Source: Felis catus (Eukaryota). From it: a DNA stretch of 64,000 nucleotides. Positions 50,231-62,391 of this stretch are shown here, one piece after another. The DNA is taken from assembly GCF_018350175.1 (NCBI RefSeq), contig NC_058368.1, positions 119,042,001-119,106,000 on the forward strand, written 5' to 3'. Every line of letters begins with the position of its first letter. Within the stretch, counting starts at the first letter, position 1. The translations under genes were made by a program, and so were the position numbers. The notes under the pieces were generated by a model, which saw only the letters and a program-made list of their open reading frames with translations, had not been told where the DNA came from and made no database searches.

Positions 50231-52029
50231 AAAGAGTAATACTAAAAACATCATGAGCATGTCTACTAGGCCCATAGGTAGTGAGGTTAATGGTGGGAAT
50301 TTTAGGAGCTGATATGTTATCATATTTTAGTCCCTTTGGTGCCCCTCAAATTATACTGTTTGCCATCCTTGTTGGCTGGGTGTGAGTCATAAACCATTGT
50401 TCCTGTCTCTTTGACTGCTATTACCAAATCTTAAAAGTTTCCACCCTCAAGGAAATTATACTCCAGGGTGCAATTGCAAAAGTCCCCTGTTCTATTTCAG
50501 CGGCAGACTTTTAGCTCACAATTTTATTCACTCATTTTAGTTTGGTATTGGAGATGTGGGGCTGGTATGGGGTGGACTGAAAGCACCATCTTATTCAAGA
50601 AAAGACAGTAATCTTTTGGGTCTACTTGGGTCTTCAACACTTGCAGATGTCTCTCCCTCACCTTGCCATCCTTCCAAGTTCCACCATGTAACTAATACAC
50701 TGGGCAGAATTAGAAAGAACTACCTCACCTCAGTGAAGGGATAGTTCACAAATTGCCCAATGAAAGGGATGCTTTACTAGACTCAACAGCTGGCTGTCAC
50801 GCTGCTTCTAGCAGGAAAAGAGTGGAGACTGTGTGTAAGTTTGTTAATAAGAGCTTACAATTCCACTTGTATAAAAGCCTGCTGTCAAGTCAAGCAGAAA
50901 CGCCATGCCACAGGTATGTGCTGTGGCCGCCAACTTGGCGGGCACACAGCAGGCACACATCACTATAGTAACGACCTCTGAGCGTGAGGTGAGGAGTCAG
51001 GTAACCGAGTGGGCAGCCCTGCTCCCTGTCAGGGGAGGTGATGCGTGGGTGGGGATCTAAACTTCAGGTTCCTGGAATCTACGGGCCTTGGGTAGGGCTC
51101 AGCTCGGCTCTTTTTCATTCCTTGGAGGACACCGTGTCATCTCAGCCCTGACCGACTTTTGTCTCAATTGTGCGCAAGACCATGAGCCCAAATTACTGAA
51201 AACTGAGGCAACGATCCCATTAATTTAGGTCAAGAATCTGCCTATATGATATTGAAGTCCACAAAAATGGCCTTCTGCTAGCAATAGAGCCCATCTATTA
51301 ATATTATGGCTGTATAAAAAAAAAACATGATATAAAGCAGAGGGCAAATGCGTCTTGAAGTCTACATGTGCTTGCTGACAATGAACAGCTCAGATAAATT
51401 GTGACAGGTAATGATTAGCTTAAAGTGTCTAAATATGTCTGAGCCTTGCAGAATGAAATACATAAATCTGAGAATGGGACATCAGTGCAGTGGAAACTCG
51501 TGGAATATTTCCAGGGTCTGTTTTCTTGTACTGGTGCCCTATGTCAGACAAAGGGCAGAGATGTGATTCGAAGCAAAGGCTCTGGAGTCGGGGGCCTTGA
51601 GGCCAAATCTCGGGACTGCTGTGTCCTCTCTGGGTATGCTTGGGCTCTTGGGTTGGCTTGTGCCATACAACACAGCACACCTGGCTTATTGTCAGAATGG
51701 AAAGTGTCAGGGCAAGAATGCAACACACTGAGCATACACAGTGCTTGGCACAGATTGAGCGCTCCACAAATAAAAGACATCACCTCCACCACCACCCCCC
51801 TCACGTCATCATCACATTTACACCTAACTGCTTGGATGTGAGTGTAAAACATAATTTGGCTTCTAATTTGATAGAACTTTTAAATAGGCTTGCTACACAA
51901 ACCTATTTAATCCTAGTCAACTATGGGAAAATGGGTTTTTCCTCATGCAGTTTCAGAAATAGTTTGTTTGTTGGTTTGTTTTAAAGGTTGGGCGTTGGTG
52001 GTTTAATTGTGTGTGTGTGGTGGGGAGGA

Positions 52030-52230
52030 CACAGATTTTTAGTCATATGGATTTGGGTTTGAAGTTCAGCTCTACCGACAAGGTAAGTAACCTTAGGCAA
52101 TTTGCTTTACCTCTCTGAGTCTCAGTGGCCTCATCTGTGTAATGGGGATATAAATCCCTGGGTTTCAGGGAGGATTAAGTGTCAGGTAACATTTGAACAA
52201 TGCCAGATGTATACAGGTTCAATAGCTGTT
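52030..52230 (+). mobile_element. MIR SINE
   Basis: accttaggcaatttgctttacctctctgagtctcagtggcctcatctgtgtaatggggata. Confidence 0.85.
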
Positions 52231-54045
52231 AGTTTCCATGTCCAGGGGGAACTGGATGAGGTCATGGGTATTTTAAGGGAGCATTTTAAACTGCCTTACA
52301 ACACAAAACACCTGGCTCACAGGTGGCTGCATCTAGTATTTCAACGAACATGGAGAGCCCAGCTAAATCACAGCCAAAGTGATCTGAGCCATGGGGGACA
52401 CTTAACTCAGCAGAAAAACCCATTACGAGAGAACAGAGCAAAGAGAATCTTCTGAGAACGCATAAGTCACTCTGTCAATACAAGGTGTCATTATTAGTGG
52501 CTAATTCCTAAAACAGTCTAGATCTATGGCTGTCAGTGTTGTTCTTGAGGCTGTGGATTAAAACAGCTAGGTTATAGCCACAGACTAACTGCCTGGGTGT
52601 TTTTTGTTCCCACCTCACAGTCAAAATGGCCTTCCGGCATGATTCTGCGGGTCTTGCCTTCACTCCCACTCCAGGAGTCGTGGCAGCCACATGACTTTGA
52701 GATGACAGTGTCTTGGGAGCTCTGCTTGCAGCATCTCTCTGCTAGCCAGTCTTCTTTGGGTTTCAAAGGGGCTTCTACTCTGGCTTGGCCGAAGTGACAG
52801 AGGCAAGATTGAGAAAGACAGCTGACAGTCCCAATTTGTGCTCTTACTAGTTATGTACAAAAGTGTCTGTTGCCCCACCTCTTGGTAACACTGGGTGCTA
52901 TCAGTGTTTCATGTTGGCAATCTAATGGGTCAAATGTGTTTTTCCCTGTTTTTATCACCATTCTTTGATTACTTGTTAGGTATAAAGATTCTTATATTTA
53001 TTTCCTGGCTATTGAAAATGGCATCTTCCATTGTTTTGACGATTTTTCTTACTTTCACATAGTATCTTCCTGATGAGGCAGTCTCCCTCAATGCCCTCCC
53101 TTAAAATTAAGCCCATAATAGCAGTTACTAATTAGTAACTACCTACTACCTACTACATAGGTAGTAGATGTGATAGTAATGGCTAGCACTATCCTAAATA
53201 TGCTTAAAATATTAACGAATTTAATTCTCACAATAACCCTACGAAGTAGATACCATTATTATGACACCCATCTTACAGATGAGCAAAGTGAGATCCAGGT
53301 CGGAGTCCATACTTATGTTCCAGAAGCAAATACATGCAGCCTGCTTCCCAGAGCCTCACTGTGAACCACAGCACTTCACTCCCAGGTTTCTGCCATCACC
53401 ACCACCACCACCACCATTTCTACAGCCTATAATAGTTGTCATTGTAGTACTATTCATTAAACACCTACTGCCAGATATGTTCTAGTTACTAAAATAAATG
53501 CCTTTTCTTTTTACTCAGCATTCAATCAACAAATGTTGCTTTTGTTGAGGACCTGCTATAATTCTGGCACTATTTTAGCTGCTGAGATATTATAGTAAAC
53601 AAAGCCAACAAAACTTCTTGCCCTGATGAGGCAAGTGTGGAAACAAAAGTTATAGACACAACCATATCAAGTATGGGGCTTTACTATATATTATCTCCAT
53701 TAATCCTTAGGACAAGATATGAATTAAGTGCTGTTTTTGTATTAGGAAACCCAAACCGAGAGGTGAATACCTTGCCCAAGGTCACTCAGCTTAAGGTTAG
53801 CAGAGCCGGGGTTCATGCCTTCAATCTCTTTCCCCCTTAGTCTTCTTGTATGTCCATCTAATGAGGAGGAGGGCACATCATGTGCCACGTTCCCAAACCA
53901 TGGTCTCCTCCTCTTTTTGAAGATGAGGGCGGAGAGTTCTGTGAGTGAAAACAATTTTTTGTGTGTGCTTTCTAGTCCCTCCCAAATTAATTCACTCCAG
54001 AGTCCTGTGGTCTCCTTCATTGATGTCAAGAAAATGTACTAATGA

Positions 54046-54270
54046 GGGCACCTGGGTGGCTCAGTTGGTTGAGTGTCCTACCTCGGCTCAGGTCATGCAT
54101 GATCTCTTGGTCCGTGAGTTTGAGCTCCGTGTCGGGCTCTGTGCTGCCAGCTTAGAGCCTGGAGCCTGCTTCAGATTCTGTGTCTCCCTCTCTCTCTTCC
54201 CCTTCCCCACTGGTGCTCTGTCTCTCTCTCTCAAAAATAAATAAAAATTAAATTTTTTTTTAAAAAAGAG
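54046..54270 (+). mobile_element. CAN-SINE (SINEC_Fc-type)
   Basis: Full body; 19-bp TSD aagaaaatgtactaatgag (54028 and 54271). Confidence 0.97.
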
Positions 54271-54357
54271 AAGAAAATGTACTAATGAGGCTAGGATTAT
54301 TTCAGTATGACTGAAACACAAAGATGGGTGAAGAATCTATCATTCTGAATATATCAT

Positions 54358-54396
<39 letters not shown>

Positions 54397-56085
54397 TAGA
54401 CATTTTTCTAGAGAACGAAAGACATTTAATTGAAAGGGAGGATAGTGAAAAATCCCTCCTTACACATACTCTCCCTACCTCTTTTTCATTCGTCTTAAAA
54501 TGCATGTGAACTAGCTGAACCTGTTTGGCTGTGTCTATTCAGTTACTGGATTTGATTTGTGTTTTCTGACAGCTTTTCAACAGAAAACAGCTTCATTGAA
54601 TCGTCAGGACCCACACACAACACATGTTAAAGACCAAACAGAAATAAGTCACCACTCACCACAAAATACCAAGAAAAGCTGTTTCCTCAAAAAGTACATT
54701 TCCGAGGCCTTAGATGAAATATACACTGCTTAATAAAACCCATACTTGAGTGGAGAGTGAAGGCAGTACAAGGGCAAACAGAACAAACAATGGATGTTCC
54801 AAGAGTTCAGCTACAAATAAGAAACAAAAAATGTACCCAGGGCTTGCTAGGTAAAAATGTCCTTTTATATAAACCAAATTGGTATAAATCCAAGAGGGCC
54901 AGATAGTGCCTATTAATTATTATTGCTTAGAAAACATTGGAAGTGCACAGGGAGATTCAGGGCCACGCACAGGTTATGTTTTCCCCTGGAAATCCTTTCC
55001 CCTTGTTTAGAGATGAAATCAGTGCCTGAGAAACAAAGTCCGCCCAAGGATTCACCAAATACCTTCTTCTGATGAGGCATGAGTGTTTGAAAATAACTTG
55101 AGACTAGGTAAATTTTACGTATTAATTTCAACTCAAAAGGGAAAGAGCCAAAGTTATTTCTGATTATATAAAAGCAATATCTTAGTGTAAAACATTCAGA
55201 CTATAACAAAAAGAACATAGAACATATGAAACAGAGAAATAATCCTTAATCCTACTCTTGGTGTTAATTTCAAACATTCTGGTATATTTCTATCCATCAT
55301 AATAGAGAATTTTAAGATCAATTATAGCCTAATAATTTTGAAGACCTAGTTAAAATGGATAAGTTCCTAGAAAAAAAGATTAAATGCCACACTGACACAG
55401 AAAAGAAATATAGAATTTGACTACACCTGTATGTATTAAGTAACCTAAAATGATAAAAGCTCTGTTTTTCTCAAAAAACTCCAGACCCAGATGGTTTTTT
55501 TGGAAGTTCTACCAAAGTTTTAAGGAATATTAATCTCTACCTCACACATGCTTTCAGAAAAAGAAAAAGGGAAAAATGTATACACATTATTTTACAAGGC
55601 TAGCATAGCATTATTCAAAGTTAAGTGAGGACAACACATAAATGAAAACAATTGGCCATTTGTACTTATTAACATGGGTTCAAAGATTGTAAATGATATA
55701 TTAGTTAACTTACTGCTAATTTAAAAATAATACATCAAGATTCAGACTTTATCTCAGACATATAGGATGGTTCAACAGAGAAAATTTATTATAAATGCTA
55801 GTGTATTAAATTAATGGGGAAAATTGTGTGATGAAATCAATCAAGATAAAAATGCATTTGATAAGATTCAACACAAATTTATGATCAAAACTCCTAGTAC
55901 TAGAAATAGCAGGGAATTTCCTTAACAGGATAAAAACTCTTTATATTAAGTATTACACTTGATGGAGAAAATTAAGATTCATTCCCTTCAAGATGAAGTT
56001 AAGACACGGATGCTCATTGTTACCACTAGAGGTCTTGGCTGAAGCTAAAGAAAAGACAAAGAAACAATAGGAATGAGAGTGAGAG

Positions 56086-56540
56086 GGGCGGTAGGTTATA
56101 TTCTTGTTCACAATTATTCACTAACCCCTTCCCTGCAAGAAAAAGCACACTCACTGCCTGTTGCCATGTAATTTGTAAGACCTTCCTCTGGGAGGAGGAA
56201 ACTTTAACCCTATTGTCACCAGGCTTGACCAAGGGATTTGTTTTGTCCGGTGAACACGAATGTATTTGACAGGGTGCCAGTTCTGAGCAGAAGCTTTCCC
56301 AACTGTTGTGTGGATTAGCTGGCACCCTGGAGCTTTTCCTCTGCTCCAAGAATGGTATGGTCCTAATTAGAGCTGCCTCTTCATCTTGGATCCCGGAAAA
56401 AGAAAACATACAGAGCAGAGCTGAAGCCAACATATATTCAATGTGTTACATGAGTGAGGAAGAAAGTTTTGTAGTTATAAATCACTGAAATTGGGGGATT
56501 GTTTGTTATTGTAGCATAACTGAGTGAAAGCTGACTAACA
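56086..56540 (+). mobile_element. MaLR (MLT1) solo LTR nested in L1
   Basis: ggtaggttatattcttgttcacaattattc…gccagttctgagcagaagc…cactgaaattgggggattgtttgttattgtagcataac…gctgactaaca. Confidence 0.75.
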
Positions 56541-56832
56541 GAGAAAGAAGGTAAGAGATAATGTTGTATTGATTACATAGGATATAATCTTTTACCTAGA
56601 AAAATCAACAGATTTCAAAGACAGACTATTAGAAGGGGTAAGAAAACCAAGCTTACTGAATATGAGATTTTTTTTTTAGCATTAGCAACAGCCAATGAGA
56701 AATGGAATAAATACTAATACATCATTCCCACTATCAAGAAATGTATTAAGTATCTAGGAATTAATTATATTAATAGAATAATGTACAAGGTATCTACAGA
56801 GAGAACAGAAAACTTTAAAATATTAGCAAGGG

Positions 56833-57045
56833 TGGGCGCCTGGGTGGCTCATTTGGTTGAGCATCCAACTTCAGCTCAGGTCATGATCTCACAGTCTGTG
56901 AGTTTGAGTCCTGCATCGGGCTCTGTGCTGACAGCTCAGAGCCTGGAGCCTGCTTCAGATTCTGTCTCCCTTTCTCTCTGCCCCTCCCCTGCTCACGCTC
57001 TGTCTCTCTCTCTCTCAAAAATAAATAAACATTAAAAAAAAAGAT
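56833..57045 (+). mobile_element. CAN-SINE (first unit of composite)
   Basis: gggcgcctgggtggctc…aaaaataaataaacattaaaaaaaaa. Confidence 0.96.
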
Positions 57046-57103
57046 AAAAGAGTGAGGCGCTTAACCGACTGGGCCATTCAGGCACCCCAGAAAAGTACTC
57101 TTT

Positions 57104-57315
57104 GGGGCACCTGGGTGGCTTAATCAGTTAAGTGTCCGACTTTGGCTCAGGTCATGATCTCGCAGTTTGTGGGTTCAAGCCCCGCATGAAGCTCTGCGCT
57201 GACAGGTCAGCACCTGGAGCCTGCTTTGGATTCTGTGTCTCCTTCTCTCTCTCTTCCTCCCCTGCTCACGCTCTGTCTGTCTCTCTCTCTCTCTCAAAAA
57301 TAAATAAAGATTAAA
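57104..57315 (+). mobile_element. CAN-SINE (second unit of composite)
   Basis: ggggcacctgggtggcttaatcagttaagtgtccgac…ctcaaaaataaataaa. Confidence 0.95.
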
Positions 57316-57319
57316 AATT

Positions 57320-57538
57320 TTTTTTTTAATTTTTTTTTCAATGTTTATTTTTTGGGGCAGAGAGAGACAGAGCATGAACGGGGGAGGGTCAGAGAGAGAG
57401 GGAGACACAGAATGGGAAACAGGCTCCAGGCTCTGAGCCATCAGCCCAGAGCCTGACGCGGGGCTCGAACTCACGGACCGCGAGATCGTGACCTGGCTGA
57501 AGTCGGACGCTTAACCGACTGCGCCACCTAGGCGCCCC
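57320..57538 (-). mobile_element. Young felid SINEC_Fc-type SINE inserted in the tail of the previous SINE
   Basis: gggagggtcagagagagagggagacacag…gagccatcagcccagagc…cggaccgcgagatcgtgacctggctgaagtcggacg; TSD aaagattaaaa(a)ttttt. Confidence 0.96.
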
Positions 57539-59874
57539 AAAGATTAAAATTTTTAAAAAAATATTAGTAAGGGATATAACAGGTGATCTGAATAAATGAA
57601 GAAAACCCTATGCTTTTTGATGACAGAACTTAATGTTATTCTACAAAGGCATCAATTCTTTCACTTAATTGATAAATTCAATACAACCCTAAAAAATTCT
57701 TCTTAGGGGTATTTGAAGAACATGGTAACAAGTTGCTTTAAAGTTTATTTGGATGAATCTGTTAGTGTATTAACAGATTGATGGAAAAAAGTTCACAAAG
57801 TTTGTGAATGGCTAAGTCAAGCTTAAAAAGCATGACTAGAGAGGGAGCTTGGTCTCTCTATGAAAACACACAACAAAGCCATAGTAACAAAAAATAGTGG
57901 TGTACTGGTACAAAAAGCAGATGAATAGGCCAATAAAATAGGACAGAGAGTTCAGACACTGACCCATATGTATATGTGGAAATTTGAATATGATGAAAAA
58001 GATATCACAAGTCAGTACCTAGCAGCTTACATTGGGAAAACTGACTCACTACAGAGACAGAAATAAAACTGGATCCTTGCCTCACATACCATACAAATGT
58101 GGACTCCACATGAAGTGAAGACCGAAGGAGTAAAGGTACCACTATAAAGATTAATGGGGCAGAATGTAGGAAAATATCTTGGTGACCTAAGGGCAAGGAA
58201 AAGCTTTTCAAACAAAATTTCAAAGCCACAAATCTCAGGCAAAGTGCTGATGACTTTGAGTCCATCAACATTAAGCCTTCTTGTTCAAAGAAGGCACCAT
58301 GTACACATTCGTTACACAGAAGGCATTATTGGAAAAATATTTACAATGTCTAGACCTCACTAAATGAATAACACAAGTAACTTCTATAAATCAACAAGAG
58401 AAAGGCAGCGACACCAATAGAAAAATACACAAATGATACAAACAGGACATTTATAGAAGAGTAACTTCAATCGTTAACTAAACATATGAAGGGAAACAAC
58501 GCCTCAAATCGTTAGTAATCCAAGAAAAGTAAAACAACAATGAGTTAATGCTTTATGTTTATCAGACTGGTAAAAGTTATAAAGATGGATACAGCTGAGT
58601 GTTGGTGGGGAAGTGGGGATACAAGGGACTTCATCATCGCAAGACTACTACGGCATTTCTGGAGAGCATCTGGCTCTACTTAGGCAAATTAAGAATGTAC
58701 ATAGCCCAAACACAGCAATTCTACCCCTTGGTATGTATATCAAAGAAAATCTCGCATGGATCCTTGAGAGGATGTGTTTGAGGAGATTCATTGCAATGTT
58801 ATTCGTAGCAGTGGAGAGTCAGAAGCACCCTGAGTCCAATTGCTGAGAGAGCAGTTGGATAAAATGTTGAGGACACCCACTCTGGAGTACTAAAAGCATC
58901 GAGAGGAATGGATTAAAGGTATGCATAGCAACATGGTTGGGTCTTAAAGACATAATGCTTGGTGAAAAAATTAATGTCAATGAGACATATAAAATGATAG
59001 TTCCATATAATTAAAATAGCTCATTATAAAATCTTATTTCATAATATGCATATACAAAAAGTACACGTCAACACATTAGAATGGTTGACTAAGGTAGGGA
59101 TGGGGCCCAAAAAAGTACCTAAAGATCATTCTTAAGTCTATACCCAGAGATAATACTGGATGGGATTTTTGTATCTTTTTACTCAGCATCGTGATAATGG
59201 GTATCATTTATAGACTACTTACTGTGGGCCAGACACTATGCTAAATGTTTTATACACTTCACACATTTAATCTTCCTAATAACCTCAGAAGGCAAATTCT
59301 TTTGTTACCTCCTCTAAAGAAGAAAAAATATGAGATGGAAAAAGATTGAACAACCTGTCCACCATCATCCAGTCAAATAGAGAATGGGTCTGACACTAAA
59401 GTCTAGGCACTTAATCATTACCCTAGTTTGACTTCCATCCAGACCTTTAGCTATAGCTATGTGATAAAACAAGTTCATATCTTCTATTACACGAATGAGA
59501 TCATACCATAGTACTGCTTCATAACACACTATTTTTTTCATTTAATATTTAACCATATTATGAATCTCTTTAACTTAGTAAATGCAGATCTTAAATCTCA
59601 TTTTAAAAAGCTCCATAGTATTTCACTGTCTGAATGCATGATGGAGGATTACAGTAGTAGGAGATGACGATGACTTCTAGCTCCAAATGCTAGATATTTA
59701 ATAGGAAATTAAAGAAAGACTCTAGCATGTCAGACAGGTGTTGGTTGAGGAGGGATTCTTGACAACATTTAGCAGATAGGGAACCTAGAACTATTATGTA
59801 ATCTTTCTGGAAATAGGAAGAGGATGTATTCTGGTGGTTTGTTTTACTGGACACAGTGCCACCAGATAATGGAT

Positions 59875-60023
59875 ATATTATTTATATATATCTAATTTAT
59901 ATATAAATTATAAATATATATAAATATATAAGTATATATTTATAGAGATATATAAATTATATATATAAATTATATATAAATTATAAAATTATAAATTATA
60001 TATATATATCTTGCGATGATGAA

Positions 60024-60069
<46 letters not shown>
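59875..60069. repeat. AT-rich / (TA)n low-complexity tract
   Basis: Degenerate tataaatta units plus a perfect (TA)n run at ~60033-60069. Confidence 0.95.
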
Positions 60070-60073
<4 letters not shown>

Positions 60074-60104
60074 GCAATGGCTCTCTTTTATAAAATAGAC
60101 TTTG

Positions 60105-60794
60105 TTTCTTCTTTCCCAGGATTGCTTTCATTATTTGGGGATCCTTTGTGGTTCCAGTTTAGGGTTGTTTTTTTCTAATTCTTGGAAAATGTCATTGGAA
60201 TTTATAGGGAATGTAATAAATCTATAAAACTTTGGGTAGTATAGGCATTTTAACAATATTATTCTTCTGATCCATGGATGTGAAAAAAATTTCCATTTAT
60301 GGCATTTTAAATTTCTTTCATCAAAGTCTTGTAGTTTTCATTGTACACATCTTTCACTTCCTTGATTAAATTTGTCCCTAAGTTTTTTATTGAGTTTGAT
60401 GCTATTTTGAATGGGATTATTTTCTTTATTTCTTTTTCAGATATTTCATTGTTAGTGTATAGCAATGCAACTGATTTCTGCATGTTGATTTTATGCGGCA
60501 CAACATTACTGAATTTGTTTATAAACAGTTTTCCTTTTTGGTTGAGTCTTTAGGATTTTCTATATTTAAGATCATATCATCTGCAAATAAAGAGACTTAC
60601 TTTTTCCTTTCGGATTTGGATGCCTTTTATTTATTTTTTCTTGACTGATGGCTCCAGTTGTATATGTTGAATAAAGGTGGTGACAGTGGGAACCCTTGTC
60701 TTATTCCTGATCTTCACCGTTGAGTATAATGTTAGCTGTGAGTTTGTCACATAACTTTTATTATGTTGAGGATTGTTCCTCCTATACCAAATTT
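60105..60794 (-). mobile_element. Inverted 5' segment of L1 (ORF2 RT region)
   Basis: ORF 60307-60501 KINMQKSVALLYTNNE…YNENYKTLMKEI; antisense ctctttatttgcagatgatatgat (SLFADDM, RT motif) at ~60571-60594. Confidence 0.92.
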
Positions 60795-61873
60795 GGGGAA
60801 GAGAACAAAGCTGGAGGCATCACACTTCCTGATTTCAAACCATACTACAAATCTATAGTAATCAAAACAGTATGGTACTGGCATAAAAACAGATGCATGA
60901 CCAAAAGAACAGAATAGAGAGTGCAAAAATAAATCTTCATATATGTGGTCTGTTAATATTTGGCAAAGGAGCCAAGAACACTACTCAGTGAGGAAAGGAT
61001 AGTCTCTTCAAAAATGGCATTGGGAAACTGGATAACCACAGGTAAAAAAATGATATTTAACTCCTATCCTACATACTCATAAAAATTAACTTAAAATGGG
61101 TTAAAGTTTTAAACATAAGATCTGAAGCTATAAAAGTCCTCGAAGTACAAGTAGGGTAAAAGCTACTTGCCAGTGATTTTTTCGGATACGATACCCAAAA
61201 TACAGATGACAAAAGCAAAAATCAACAAGAGGGACGACACCAAACTAAAAATCTTCTGCACAGCAAAAGAAATGATCAACAAAATGAACAGGAGAATGGA
61301 ATGGAATGGAGAAAATATTTGCAAGCCACATATCTGTTAAAGGACTAACAATGCAAAATATAGAAAGAACACACACAATTCAGTAACAGAAAAACAAAAA
61401 CTGTGATCACCAAATGGGCAGATGAACTGAATAGACATTATTCTAAAGAAGACATACAGATGGCCAGGAGGTACATGAAATGGTGTTCAACATCACTAAA
61501 CACCAGTGATGAAATGAAAATCAAAACCACAGTGAGATATCACCTCATACCTGTTAGAATGGCTATCATCAAAAAGACAAGAGATAACAAGTTTGGGTGA
61601 AGGGGTGGAGAAAAGGGAACACTTGTGCACTGTTGCAGGGAATGTAAACCGATGTAACCACTATGGAAAATAGTATGGAGATTCCCCAACAAATTTAAAA
61701 ATAGAATTACCATATGATCTAGCATTCCAATTTTGACTATATATCCAAATGAAATGAAAATAGGGTATAGAAAAGATATATGCACTCCCAAGTCTATGGC
61801 ACCATTATTCACAGCAGCCAAGATATGAAAACTACCTGAGTGTCCATCAGTGAAGGAATGAATAAAGATGTGG

Positions 61874-61916
<43 letters not shown>

Positions 61917-62391
61917 TGGAATATTATTAAATCACAAGAAAAAAAATTCTGCCATTTGTAACAACATGGAGGGAATTTGAGGCCATTATGCCAAGCGAGA
62001 GAAGTCAGAGAAAGACAAATACTGTATGATATCACTGATATGTGGAACCTAAAAAAGCCTTAACTTACAGAAACGGAGAACAGAACAGTGGTACCAGATG
62101 CTTGGGGGTGGGGGAATTGTCAAAAGGTACAAACTTGCAGTTAGAAGATGAGTACGTTCTGGAGATACAATGTACAACATTGTGATTATAGTTAACAATC
62201 CTGTATTATAAACTTTAAAGTTGCTAAACGTTCTATCACAAAAAAGAAATGATAATTGTGTGAAGTGATGGAGGTATTAGCTAACGCTACTGTGTTAATC
62301 ATGTTGCAATATAAATGTATCCAATCAATTATGTTATGTACATTAAACTTACATGATGTTATATGTCAGTTATATCTCAATTAAAAAAAAA
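60795..62391 (+). mobile_element. L1 ORF2 3' part plus 3'UTR and poly(A) (L1MA9-like)
   Basis: [51 protein letters not shown]; terminus tatatgtcagttatatctcaattaaaaaaaaa; TSD atagactttg shared with the inverted part. Confidence 0.95.

Larger units (their letters stand above)
55280..59100 (+). mobile_element. Old, fragmented L1 ORF2 plus 3'UTR, interrupted by an MLT LTR and a SINE cluster
   Basis: aaaatggataagttcctagaaaa, ccagacccagatggttt, ggatggttcaac, gcatttgataagattcaaca, tggtgtactggtac, ctggatccttgcctcac, cagcaattctacccc occur in ORF2 order. Confidence 0.85.

Noticed and set aside
54660..54725. Minus-strand 66-nt exon candidate (donor GTG|gtgagt)
   Set aside because: Weak polypyrimidine tract and unrecognised peptide.
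14543..57474. Family of similar ORFs (…WVAQSVKRPTSAQV…ASGSVLTAQSLEPASDSVSPSLS…)
   Set aside because: These are translations of CAN-SINE bodies, not a paralogous gene family.
60307..61600. L1 ORF2-like ORFs as functional CDS
   Set aside because: Fragmented by stops, frameshifts and an inversion; a dead retrotransposon copy.
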